From: Eubacterium sp.
GTDB lineage: Bacteria; Bacillota; Clostridia; Oscillospirales; Acutalibacteraceae
Assembly: GCA_017446095.1 (NCBI GenBank)
Contig: JAFSRN010000003.1
Location: 109,958 to 173,957 of the forward strand
DNA: 64,000 nt
Direction of reading: 5' to 3'
This document shows, in pieces, positions 47,975 through 56,356 of this stretch. Made by a program: the position numbers and the translations under genes. The number at the start of each line of letters is the position of its first letter. Position 1 is the stretch's first letter. The notes below the pieces were generated by a model. The model was not told the origin of the DNA and made no database searches. It saw nothing but the letters and a program-made list of their open reading frames with translations.

Positions 47975-49228
47975 ATGACATATGATTTAATAGTTGTCGG
48001 CGGCGGTCCTGCCGGTCTTGCAGCAGCGCTTGCTGCACACGAAAAAGGACTTGATAACATTCTGATTGTTGAGCGTGACCGCGAGCTTGGCGGTATCCTC
48101 AACCAGTGTATACACAACGGCTTCGGTCTGCATTACTTTAAGGAAGAACTTACAGGTCCCGAATATGCAGGCAGATTTATCAAAATGCTTGAGGGCACGG
48201 GCATCAAGGTTATGTGCGATACCATGGTGCTTGAAATCACGCAGGACAAGACTGTGCATTGCATTAACCCCGAAAACGGCTACCAGATTCTTGAAGCAAA
48301 GTCGATTGTGCTTGCTATGGGCTGCCGCGAAAGGACAAGGGGCGCTATCTCTATCCCCGGCACACGTCCTGCAGGCGTGCTTACCGCAGGCGCGGCGCAG
48401 CGCTATGTTAATATTGAAGGACATATGGTCGGCAAGCGAGTTGTTATTCTCGGCTCGGGCGACATCGGTCTTATTATGGCGCGACGTATGACTCTTGAGG
48501 GCGCAAAGGTGCTTGCATGCGTTGAGGTTATGCCTTATTCTGGCGGACTGCAGAGGAACATCGTGCAGTGCCTTAACGACTTTGATATACCGCTTTATCT
48601 GTCGCACACAATCATCGATATCCGCGGCAAAAACAGGGTAGAGGGCGTAACTATTGCCGAGGTCGGCGCAGACAGAAAGCCGATTAAAGGCACGGAAATT
48701 GACTTTGATTGCGACACAGTTCTGCTGTCAGTCGGTCTTATACCCGAAAACGAACTCACCAGAACTGCAGGCATTGACATTGTGCCCGGCACAAACGGCG
48801 TTGCTGTGTGGGAGAATATGGAATCGTCCTGCGAAGGTATCTTTGCAAGCGGCAACGTTGTACACGTTCACGACCTTGTCGACTACGTTACGGGCGAGAG
48901 TCAGAAGGCAGGTCGCGCTGCTGCAGAATATGTTAAACTTGGCAGACGTTCAAGGGAGCACGCGATTACCGTCAGCGAAGGCGACGGCGTCGGCTTCATT
49001 GTGCCGCAGAAAATTCACAGGGAAGCTATGGACGCGGAGATATTCTTCCGTCCTCGTAAGATATTCGGCACAAGCATAGTGTCCGTAATGGACGGCGACA
49101 AGCCTGTTGCAAAGCTCAAGAGAGCGCACATGGCACCGGGTGAAATGGAACGTGTTAAGCTTTCACGCGCGCTTCTTGACGCGATTGAAGGCGACGAAAT
49201 CACAGTAGTGGCAGAGGAGGTAGAGTAA
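47975..49228 (+). CDS. FAD-dependent pyridine nucleotide-disulfide oxidoreductase (glp operon partner)
   Basis: GGGPAG, GGILNQCIHNGFG, GCRER, GSGDIGLIMARR. Confidence 0.85.
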   Translation: MTYDLIVVGGGPAGLAAALAAHEKGLDNILIVERDRELGGILNQCIHNGFGLHYFKEELTGPEYAGRFIKMLEGTGIKVMCDTMVLEITQDKTVHCINPENGYQILEAKSIVLAMGCRERTRGAISIPGTRPAGVLTAGAAQRYVNIEGHMVGKRVVILGSGDIGLIMARRMTLEGAKVLACVEVMPYSGGLQRNIVQCLNDFDIPLYLSHTIIDIRGKNRVEGVTIAEVGADRKPIKGTEIDFDCDTVLLSVGLIPENELTRTAGIDIVPGTNGVAVWENMESSCEGIFASGNVVHVHDLVDYVTGESQKAGRAAAEYVKLGRRSREHAITVSEGDGVGFIVPQKIHREAMDAEIFFRPRKIFGTSIVSVMDGDKPVAKLKRAHMAPGEMERVKLSRALLDAIEGDEITVVAEEVE

Positions 49229-49578
49229 TGACTGAATTAATTTGTATCACTTGCCCGCGCGGCTGTCACCTGACTGTTGATGAGGAGAATAACTACGAAG
49301 TTAAGGGTAACGCCTGCCCACGCGGCAAAACTTACGGCTATAACGAGGTTACTAATCCGCAGAGGGTTGTTACTTCCACCGTGCGCACAAACAGCAAAAT
49401 TGAGCCGCGCTGTCCCGTAAAGACGAACGGCACAATCCCAAAGGGTAAGATGTTTGAGGCAATGGCGCTGCTTGACGACATCACGCTGCAAAAACCGATT
49501 GAACTCGGACAGACGGTTATAGAGAACCTGTTTGATACAGGCGTGGACTTCGTAACCTGCAAAGCAATTGAAAAATAA
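49228..49578 (+). CDS. DUF1667 Cys-rich protein
   Basis: CITCPRGC, GNACPRG, NPQRVVTSTV. Confidence 0.8.
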   Translation: MTELICITCPRGCHLTVDEENNYEVKGNACPRGKTYGYNEVTNPQRVVTSTVRTNSKIEPRCPVKTNGTIPKGKMFEAMALLDDITLQKPIELGQTVIENLFDTGVDFVTCKAIEK

Positions 49579-49585
49579 GTAAAAA

Positions 49586-49774
49586 GCCTTCCCCTTGAGG
49601 AATTCCCCTTGACAGGGGAAATGTCTGCGAAGCAGACAAAGGGGTAAGCCGTCTGCGGCGAGCAAAAGGTGGATTACCGAAGGTAAGACGGATGAGGTGG
49701 AATAATATAACGATGCTGCGCATCTACACCTCATCAGTCGCATAAATGCGACAGCTTCCCCTCAAGTGGAAGCC
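49586..49774. repeat. Composite/nested REP-like palindromic element
   Basis: gccttccccttgagg...cttcccctcaagtggaagcc outer ends, gatgaggtg/cacctcatc arm, inner hairpins ttcccct-tgac-aggggaa and tgtctgc-gaa-gcagaca. Confidence 0.7.
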
Positions 49775-49780
49775 GTTTTT

Positions 49781-51925
49781 TTATTTATTCGGATTTTTCA
49801 TCGTAAGTGAAATGCGCTTTTTCTGTGCGTCCGCGCTGATAACCCAAACGGTTACGATATCGCCGACCTTAAGCACGTCTGACGGGTGCTTGATATAGCG
49901 GTTTGCAATCTGGCTTATGTGCACCAAGCCGTCCTGATGCACGCCGATGTCAACAAACGCGCCAAAGTCAATAACGTTGCGCACGGTGCCTTTGAGTTCC
50001 ATGCCAGCCTTTAAGTCCTCAATGCCCATAACGTCGCTGCGAAGCATCGGCTGCGGCAGCTCGTCACGCGGGTCACGTCCGGGCTTTGAGAGTTCGTCAA
50101 CAATGTCAATAAGCGTAGGCTCACCGATTCCAAGCTCTGCAGCAAGGGCGGAAGTGCCGTCGGTTTTCACTTTCAGTTTCAGCGTGGCAATGTTGCCTTC
50201 GCGGATATCCTCGTCAGTCACGCCGCAGATTTTGAGCAGCTGCGATGCCGCCTTATAGCTTTCGGGATGAACGGCGGTGTTGTCAAGCACGTTGTCGCTC
50301 TCTGCAACTCGCAAAAAGCCTGCGCACTGTTCAAACGCTTTTGGTCCTAATTTTGATACTTTAGTTAATTGACTCCGTGAGGTGAAGTGTCCGTTTTCCT
50401 CACGGAATTTTACTATATTCTTTGCTACTGCGGACGAAACGCCTGCAACTCTTGATAAAAGCTGCGGTGAAGCAGTGTTAAGGTCAACACCAACGGAGTT
50501 TACGCAGTCCTCAACCACGCCGTCAAGCGCTGCGCCGAGTTCCTTTTGCGGCATATCGTGCTGATACTGACCAACGCCGATTGCCTTGGGGTCAATCTTA
50601 ACAAGCTCTGCAAGCGGATCCTGCAGCCTGCGCGCAATTGAAACCGCGCTGCGCAGACTGACGTCAAATTGCGGAAATTCCTCCGCGGCAAGCTTGCTTG
50701 CACTGTAAACGGACGCGCCTGCCTCGCTTACAACCATATAAGTAATGCCGCAGTCAAGCTCTTTGATAACCTCGGCTGCAAAAACCTCCGTTTCGTGCGA
50801 GGCGGTGCCGTTGCCGATTGCAAACATCTGCACGCCGTGCTTTTTAACAAGCGCCTTGATAATCTTTTTTGCCTCGTCAATCTTACTGTGCGGCGGGGCA
50901 GGGTAGATAACGCCGGTGTCAAGCACCTTGCCGGTTCCGCTAACAACGGCAACCTTGCAGCCTGTGCGGTAGCCCGGGTCAAGCCCGATGGTAACCCTGC
51001 CTTTAACAGGCGGCTGCATCAGCAGATTACGCGTGTTTTCGCCGAATACTTTTATCGAAGTTTCGTTTGCTTTGTCTGTAATCTCATTGCGGATTTCGCG
51101 CTCAACGGAGGGGAAAATGAGCCTTGTAAACGCGTCCTCAATCGCCTCAATTACCTGCTGTGCACACGCACTTGTGTTTATAACGTGGCGGCTGATAAGC
51201 AGGTCTGTTGCAATGCTCTTGTCAAAGTCAATCGCAACCTTGAGCTTGCCCTCTTTTTCGCCGCGGTTGATAGCAAGCGTGCGGTGCTGGGCAATGCTTT
51301 TTACAGGCTCGCTGTAATCGGCGTACATCTCATAAACGCCGAGGTCGTCGTCAGTGCCCTTGGTGGTAATAACGCCGTTGCTGCGGATTGCGTAGCGCAG
51401 CAGCTTTCTGTCGTCTGCGTTATCTGAAACGGATTCTGCAATGATATCCCTTGCGCCCTGCAGAGCGTCTTCAATGCTTTCAACCTCATCGTTAAGGTAG
51501 TCCTTTGCAAGTTCTGCGGGCACATCGGCTTTGTTCTGCTCGAGGATTCTGTCAGCAAGACCGCCGAGACCTTTTGCCTTTGCAACGGATGCACGCGTTT
51601 TGCGCTTTGGTCTGAACGGGCGATAGATGTCGTCAAGCTCGGTCATCGTCTTTGCGCCGTCGATTGCCTGCATAATCTCGTCAGTCATCAGTTCCTGCTC
51701 GGTGATGGATGCAATAACCTTTTCCTTCTGCTCTTCAAGATTGCGCAGGTAGGCGAGCCTGTCGTTAAGTTCGCGCAGTACCTGGTCGTCAAGCGAGCCT
51801 GTGGCTTCCTTCCTGTAACGAGCGATAAACGGTATTGTGTTGCCGTCGTCAATCAGCTTGAGCGTGTTCTCAATCTGCCACGGCTTTAGTGAAAATTCCT
51901 GTTGTAATTGCTTTTGAATGTCCAT
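49781..51925 (-). CDS. tex: Tex-family transcriptional accessory protein (S1 domain)
   Basis: TIPFIARYRKE, GLDPGYRTGCK, SEAGASVYSAS, IGVGQYQHD, C-terminal S1. Confidence 0.93.
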   Translation of the reverse strand: MDIQKQLQQEFSLKPWQIENTLKLIDDGNTIPFIARYRKEATGSLDDQVLRELNDRLAYLRNLEEQKEKVIASITEQELMTDEIMQAIDGAKTMTELDDIYRPFRPKRKTRASVAKAKGLGGLADRILEQNKADVPAELAKDYLNDEVESIEDALQGARDIIAESVSDNADDRKLLRYAIRSNGVITTKGTDDDLGVYEMYADYSEPVKSIAQHRTLAINRGEKEGKLKVAIDFDKSIATDLLISRHVINTSACAQQVIEAIEDAFTRLIFPSVEREIRNEITDKANETSIKVFGENTRNLLMQPPVKGRVTIGLDPGYRTGCKVAVVSGTGKVLDTGVIYPAPPHSKIDEAKKIIKALVKKHGVQMFAIGNGTASHETEVFAAEVIKELDCGITYMVVSEAGASVYSASKLAAEEFPQFDVSLRSAVSIARRLQDPLAELVKIDPKAIGVGQYQHDMPQKELGAALDGVVEDCVNSVGVDLNTASPQLLSRVAGVSSAVAKNIVKFREENGHFTSRSQLTKVSKLGPKAFEQCAGFLRVAESDNVLDNTAVHPESYKAASQLLKICGVTDEDIREGNIATLKLKVKTDGTSALAAELGIGEPTLIDIVDELSKPGRDPRDELPQPMLRSDVMGIEDLKAGMELKGTVRNVIDFGAFVDIGVHQDGLVHISQIANRYIKHPSDVLKVGDIVTVWVISADAQKKRISLTMKNPNK

Positions 51926-52008
51926 ATTCCTTGTCCTTTACATATAATGTAACCATTTTAGCAGAATTGCACCGAGATTTCAACATATATTTATAAAGTA
52001 AATATATA

Positions 52009-52037
52009 TTGACAAAATGCACAAGATGTGGGATAAT
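52009..52037 (+). promoter_or_regulatory. Sigma-70 promoter of glmS
   Basis: TTGACA-17 bp-GATAAT. Confidence 0.65.
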
Positions 52038-52071
52038 AAACATTACAATATTATGTTGAGAGGTTAATTCT

Positions 52072-53880
52072 ATGTGCGGAATTATCGGTTATACAGGCTA
52101 CAGTGAAGCAAGGGGCATTTTGCTCAAAGGGCTTAAAACGCTTGAATACAGGGGCTACGACAGCGCAGGCATTGCTGTTTATCACCCCGATTTTAACGAA
52201 ACGCTTGTCACCAAGTGCGAAGGCAGGGTTGAAAAACTTATGCAAAAATGCGACTCTGTTAAGGGTACCACGGGCATCGGTCACACGCGTTGGGCGACTC
52301 ACGGCGGAGTCAGCGACAATAACTCGCACCCGCATAAATTCGGCAGGGTAACGCTTGTTCATAATGGTATTGTGGAAAATTATGCCGCTATCAAAAACCA
52401 GCTCGGCGTTGGCGCAAAGCTTAAGTCACAGACGGACTCCGAGGTTGTTGCAGCGCTTATCGACGCATATTATGAGGGTGATCCGTTTGAGGCTATTGTA
52501 AGGGCTGTGCAGGAACTTTCCGGCACCTTCGGTCTTGCAATTATGTTTGACGATATCCCGAACAAGATTTTCGCTGTTCGCAACGTTAGCCCGATTGTAT
52601 GCTGTCAGAATGAGGACGGCGTGTTCATCGCTTCCGACATTATGGCTATCGGCGAGTACAGCGAGGATTACTTCGTTCTGCCCGAATTTTCGGTTGCAGA
52701 GATTTCCGCCGACTGCATTAATATCAGGGATTTTGAAGGCAACACAATTGAGCCCGATATGCTCAGGCTCGACTGGGATATCAAAAACAGCGGCAAAAAG
52801 GGCTATCCTTTCTATATGGAAAAGGAGATTATGGAACAGCCCGAGGTTATTGGAAAAACTATCGAAAGCCGCATTGTTAACAGTATGCCCGATTTTACAG
52901 GCGATAATGTGGACGACAGCATCTTCAGGGATTGCGACAACATCACCGTTATTGCTTGCGGTACCGCGATGCACGCGGGGCTAATCGGCAAGCATATAAT
53001 TGAAAAATACTGCAAAGTGCCGGTTACGGTCAATATGGCAAGCGAATATATGTACAACGACCCGATTATCAGCGATAAAACGCTTGTAATCTGCGTTTCG
53101 CAGAGCGGTGAAACAATCGACACGCTTGAAGCGCTTAAATTCGCACGCCGCAAAGGCGCAAGGTCGCTGTCTATTGTTAACGTAAAAGGCTCAACTATCG
53201 CGCGTGAGAGCGAGAATGTTATCTACACAAACGCAGGACCTGAAATTGCGGTTGCCTCCACAAAGGCATACACCACGCAGGTGGCTGTGTTCTACCTGAT
53301 TGCCGCAAAGATGGCTAACCAGAGGGGACTGCTCAACGACTACAGCACGCAGAACTTTATTGATGAACTTAAAAAAGTGCCGTCAGCCGTGCAGTCTATA
53401 CTTGACAGGCGCGACGAAATCCACCACCTTTCGCTCGGTATGCTCACCGCAGAGCACACGTTTATGATTGGCAGGGGACTTGACTACCCGACGCTGCTTG
53501 AAGCGTCGCTCAAGCTCAAGGAAATCTCCTACATTCATTCGGAAGCGTTTGCATCGGGCGAACTCAAGCACGGCACAATCGCGCTTATCACAAGCCAGAC
53601 GCCAGTTATTGCGCTGCTGTCGCAGGGCAGCCTGATGTCAAAGCAGGTGTCGAACATCCGCGAGGTGCAGTCGCGTGGTGCGGAAGTTTTAACGTTCATC
53701 AAGAGCAACCTTAAGTCGAAGGACGTTGACTGCTCGTTTGAACTGCCGAACCTTGACGACGACTTTATGGCGATTCCGTCAATTATCGCAATGCAGCTGC
53801 TTGCTTACTATGTATCGTCCGACAAGGGACTGGACGTTGACAAGCCGCGTAACCTCGCAAAAGTTGTTACAGTCGAATAA
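52072..53880 (+). CDS. glmS: Glutamine--fructose-6-phosphate aminotransferase
   Basis: MCGI N-terminus, LEYRGYDSAG, HTRWATHG, SQSGET, VASTKAY, PRNLAKVVTVE. Confidence 0.97.
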   Translation: MCGIIGYTGYSEARGILLKGLKTLEYRGYDSAGIAVYHPDFNETLVTKCEGRVEKLMQKCDSVKGTTGIGHTRWATHGGVSDNNSHPHKFGRVTLVHNGIVENYAAIKNQLGVGAKLKSQTDSEVVAALIDAYYEGDPFEAIVRAVQELSGTFGLAIMFDDIPNKIFAVRNVSPIVCCQNEDGVFIASDIMAIGEYSEDYFVLPEFSVAEISADCINIRDFEGNTIEPDMLRLDWDIKNSGKKGYPFYMEKEIMEQPEVIGKTIESRIVNSMPDFTGDNVDDSIFRDCDNITVIACGTAMHAGLIGKHIIEKYCKVPVTVNMASEYMYNDPIISDKTLVICVSQSGETIDTLEALKFARRKGARSLSIVNVKGSTIARESENVIYTNAGPEIAVASTKAYTTQVAVFYLIAAKMANQRGLLNDYSTQNFIDELKKVPSAVQSILDRRDEIHHLSLGMLTAEHTFMIGRGLDYPTLLEASLKLKEISYIHSEAFASGELKHGTIALITSQTPVIALLSQGSLMSKQVSNIREVQSRGAEVLTFIKSNLKSKDVDCSFELPNLDDDFMAIPSIIAMQLLAYYVSSDKGLDVDKPRNLAKVVTVE

Positions 53881-53890
53881 TATGTTTAAC

Positions 53891-53925
53891 TTGTGCAAGA
53901 TGTATATTGTATATATCTTGCACAA
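53891..53925. promoter_or_regulatory. 11-bp perfect inverted repeat between glmS and pyrC
   Basis: TTGTGCAAGAT-13 bp-ATCTTGCACAA; operator or glmS terminator. Confidence 0.55.
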
Positions 53926-53950
53926 ATATATTTTTATACACAATTTATTG

Positions 53951-53979
53951 TTGACTATTGGCTTATTTTATCATATAAT
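53951..53979 (+). promoter_or_regulatory. Sigma-70 promoter of pyr operon
   Basis: TTGACT-17 bp-TATAAT. Confidence 0.8.
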
Positions 53980-54003
53980 ATAATCCCGAAAGGACGTGCG
54001 CTT

Positions 54004-55272
54004 ATGTCTATGTTAATTAAAAACGCATTCGTCTTTACGGGCGACACTTTTATAATGAATAACGTGCTTATTAACGGTGGCAAAATTGCCGCTATTGGTG
54101 TTTCCATTTCTGATGACAGCGCTACCGTTATTGACGCACAGGGTAAGTATTTAATTCCGGCTTTCGCAGATGTTCACGTTCATCTTCGCGAGCCGGGTTT
54201 TTCTTATAAGGAAACGATTGCCGCAGGTACATCTGCGGCGGCGAAGGCTGGCTACACGGCGGTTTGCACAATGCCTAACGTTAACCCTGTGCCTGACAGT
54301 GTTAAGGGTATCGGCGCGCAGCTTGATATTATCAACCGCGATGCAAAGATACACGTTTATCCGTTTGCCTCTATTACCAAAGGGCGCAAGGGCGCAGGCG
54401 AGCTTGTTGACTTTGAAAGTTTAAAAGACCTTGCAGTCGGTTTTTCCGACGACGGCTGCGGCGTTCAGGGTGAAGAAGATATGAAAGCGGCTATGGTTAA
54501 GTGTGCAAAACTCGGCAGGATAATTTCCGCCCATTGTGAGGTTAACGACCTGCTGCACGGCGGCTATATACACTACGGCGAGTACGCAAAGGCGCACGGT
54601 CACAAGGGCATATGCTCGGAAAGTGAGTGGGCGCAGATTGAGCGCGACTGCCGATTAGCGGAGGAAACGGGCTGCCGGTACCACGTCTGCCACATATCCA
54701 CAAAAGAGAGCGTTGAAATAATACGCAAAGCAAAGGCGCGCGGAGTAAAAGTTACTTGCGAAACCGCACCGCATTACTTAACGCTGTGTGATGCTGACTT
54801 GCAGGAGGACGGACGGTTTAAGATGAATCCGCCGCTTCGCTCTGCAGAGGACAGGCAGGCGCTGATTGAAGGCGTGCTTGACGGCACGGTGGACGTAATC
54901 GCAACCGACCACGCGCCGCACTCCAAAGAGGAAAAGGCAAAGGGGCTTGCAGGCTCCGCAATGGGCATAGTCGGGCTTGAAACCGCGTTCCCGGTGCTGT
55001 ACACAAAGCTTGTTAAAACCGGCGTTATTACGCTTGAAAAACTGATAAATATGATGTCGATTAAACCGCGTGAGATATTTAACCTCGGAAGCGGCAAAAT
55101 CGAAGCGGGCGAAGTTGCCGACCTTGCGCTGCTTGACTTGGACTGTGAATATACGGTTGACCCCGATGAATTCCTGTCGCTCGGCAGGGCAACGCCGTTT
55201 GAGGGCTGGCAGGTATGCGGCAAAAACGTACTTACTGTAATGGAAGGGAAGGTTGTTTATGAAGCCTTATAA
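54004..55272 (+). CDS. pyrC: Dihydroorotase
   Basis: DVHVHLREPG, MPN, KMNPPLR, ATDHAPH. Confidence 0.95.
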   Translation: MSMLIKNAFVFTGDTFIMNNVLINGGKIAAIGVSISDDSATVIDAQGKYLIPAFADVHVHLREPGFSYKETIAAGTSAAAKAGYTAVCTMPNVNPVPDSVKGIGAQLDIINRDAKIHVYPFASITKGRKGAGELVDFESLKDLAVGFSDDGCGVQGEEDMKAAMVKCAKLGRIISAHCEVNDLLHGGYIHYGEYAKAHGHKGICSESEWAQIERDCRLAEETGCRYHVCHISTKESVEIIRKAKARGVKVTCETAPHYLTLCDADLQEDGRFKMNPPLRSAEDRQALIEGVLDGTVDVIATDHAPHSKEEKAKGLAGSAMGIVGLETAFPVLYTKLVKTGVITLEKLINMMSIKPREIFNLGSGKIEAGEVADLALLDLDCEYTVDPDEFLSLGRATPFEGWQVCGKNVLTVMEGKVVYEAL

Positions 55273-56356
55273 TAAAAAAATTGTGCTTGAAAACGGCAAG
55301 GAGTTCTACGGCTGGGGCTTCGGCGCCGATAAAACTGCAATAAACGAAATTGTGTTTAACACTTCTATGGTGGGTTATCAGGAGATTATTTCCGACCCGT
55401 CGTACACCGACCAGATGGTTTGTATGACTTATCCGCTTATCGGCAACTACGGCGTTACCGACGAGGATTACGAAACTCGCGTGCCCACAATGGGCGGCTT
55501 GATTGTGCGTGAGTACAACGACCTGCCGTCTAATTTCAGGTACACAAAAACGCTGTCCGAAGTGCTTGATGAGTACGATATCCCAGGTATCAGCGGCGTT
55601 GATACGCGAATGATTACGCGCATTATACGCGACGAAGGCAGCCAGAAGGTTATGATTTGCGATGCCGATATGCCGTATGAAGAAGCGGTAAAGGCTGTGC
55701 GCGAGTACGTTATTCCCACAGATATGGTATCTCGTGTGTCGTGCAAAAAGCGCTGGTATTCAAGAACGCCCAACCACAAGTTTGACGTAGTTGCAATCGA
55801 CTGCGGCATCAAGCTTAACATAATCCGCAAGCTCAACGAAAAGGGCTGCAACGTAACGGTTGTGCCGTGCGACTTTACGGCGGAGGAGATTATGAAGCTC
55901 AAACCGGACGGACTCTTCCTCTCCAACGGTCCCGGAAATCCGGAGGACGTGCAGACTGTTATTGAGGTTGTTCGTCAGCTCAAAGGTCAGCTTCCGATAT
56001 TCGGTATCTGCCTCGGTCACCAGATGATTTCGCTCGCGCTCGGCGCAAAGACGTTTAAGATGAAGTTCGGTCATCGCGGCGGTAACCACCCCGTAATGAA
56101 CCTTGAAACAGGGAAGATAGAGATTACTTCGCAAAACCACTCGTACGCGGTGGACGTTGATTCGCTTGAGGGTACTGAACTCACGCTCACGCACAAGAAT
56201 CTGCTTGATAACACGGCGGAGGGCGTTGAGTCAAAGGAAAACAAGCTTTTTTCCGTGCAGTATCACCCAGAATCTGCGCCCGGTCCGCAGGACAGTGCGT
56301 ACCTGTTTGACAAATTCATCGACCTTATGAGAAAGGAGTGTGAGGGCAATGCCTAA
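55259..56356 (+). CDS. carA: Carbamoyl-phosphate synthase small subunit
   Basis: [34 protein letters not shown]. Confidence 0.96.
   Translation: MKPYNKKIVLENGKEFYGWGFGADKTAINEIVFNTSMVGYQEIISDPSYTDQMVCMTYPLIGNYGVTDEDYETRVPTMGGLIVREYNDLPSNFRYTKTLSEVLDEYDIPGISGVDTRMITRIIRDEGSQKVMICDADMPYEEAVKAVREYVIPTDMVSRVSCKKRWYSRTPNHKFDVVAIDCGIKLNIIRKLNEKGCNVTVVPCDFTAEEIMKLKPDGLFLSNGPGNPEDVQTVIEVVRQLKGQLPIFGICLGHQMISLALGAKTFKMKFGHRGGNHPVMNLETGKIEITSQNHSYAVDVDSLEGTELTLTHKNLLDNTAEGVESKENKLFSVQYHPESAPGPQDSAYLFDKFIDLMRKECEGNA

Noticed and set aside
49586-49774. CRISPR array or tRNA/riboswitch
   Set aside because: No regularly spaced repeats with unique spacers and no cloverleaf; better explained as a REP/MITE-like element
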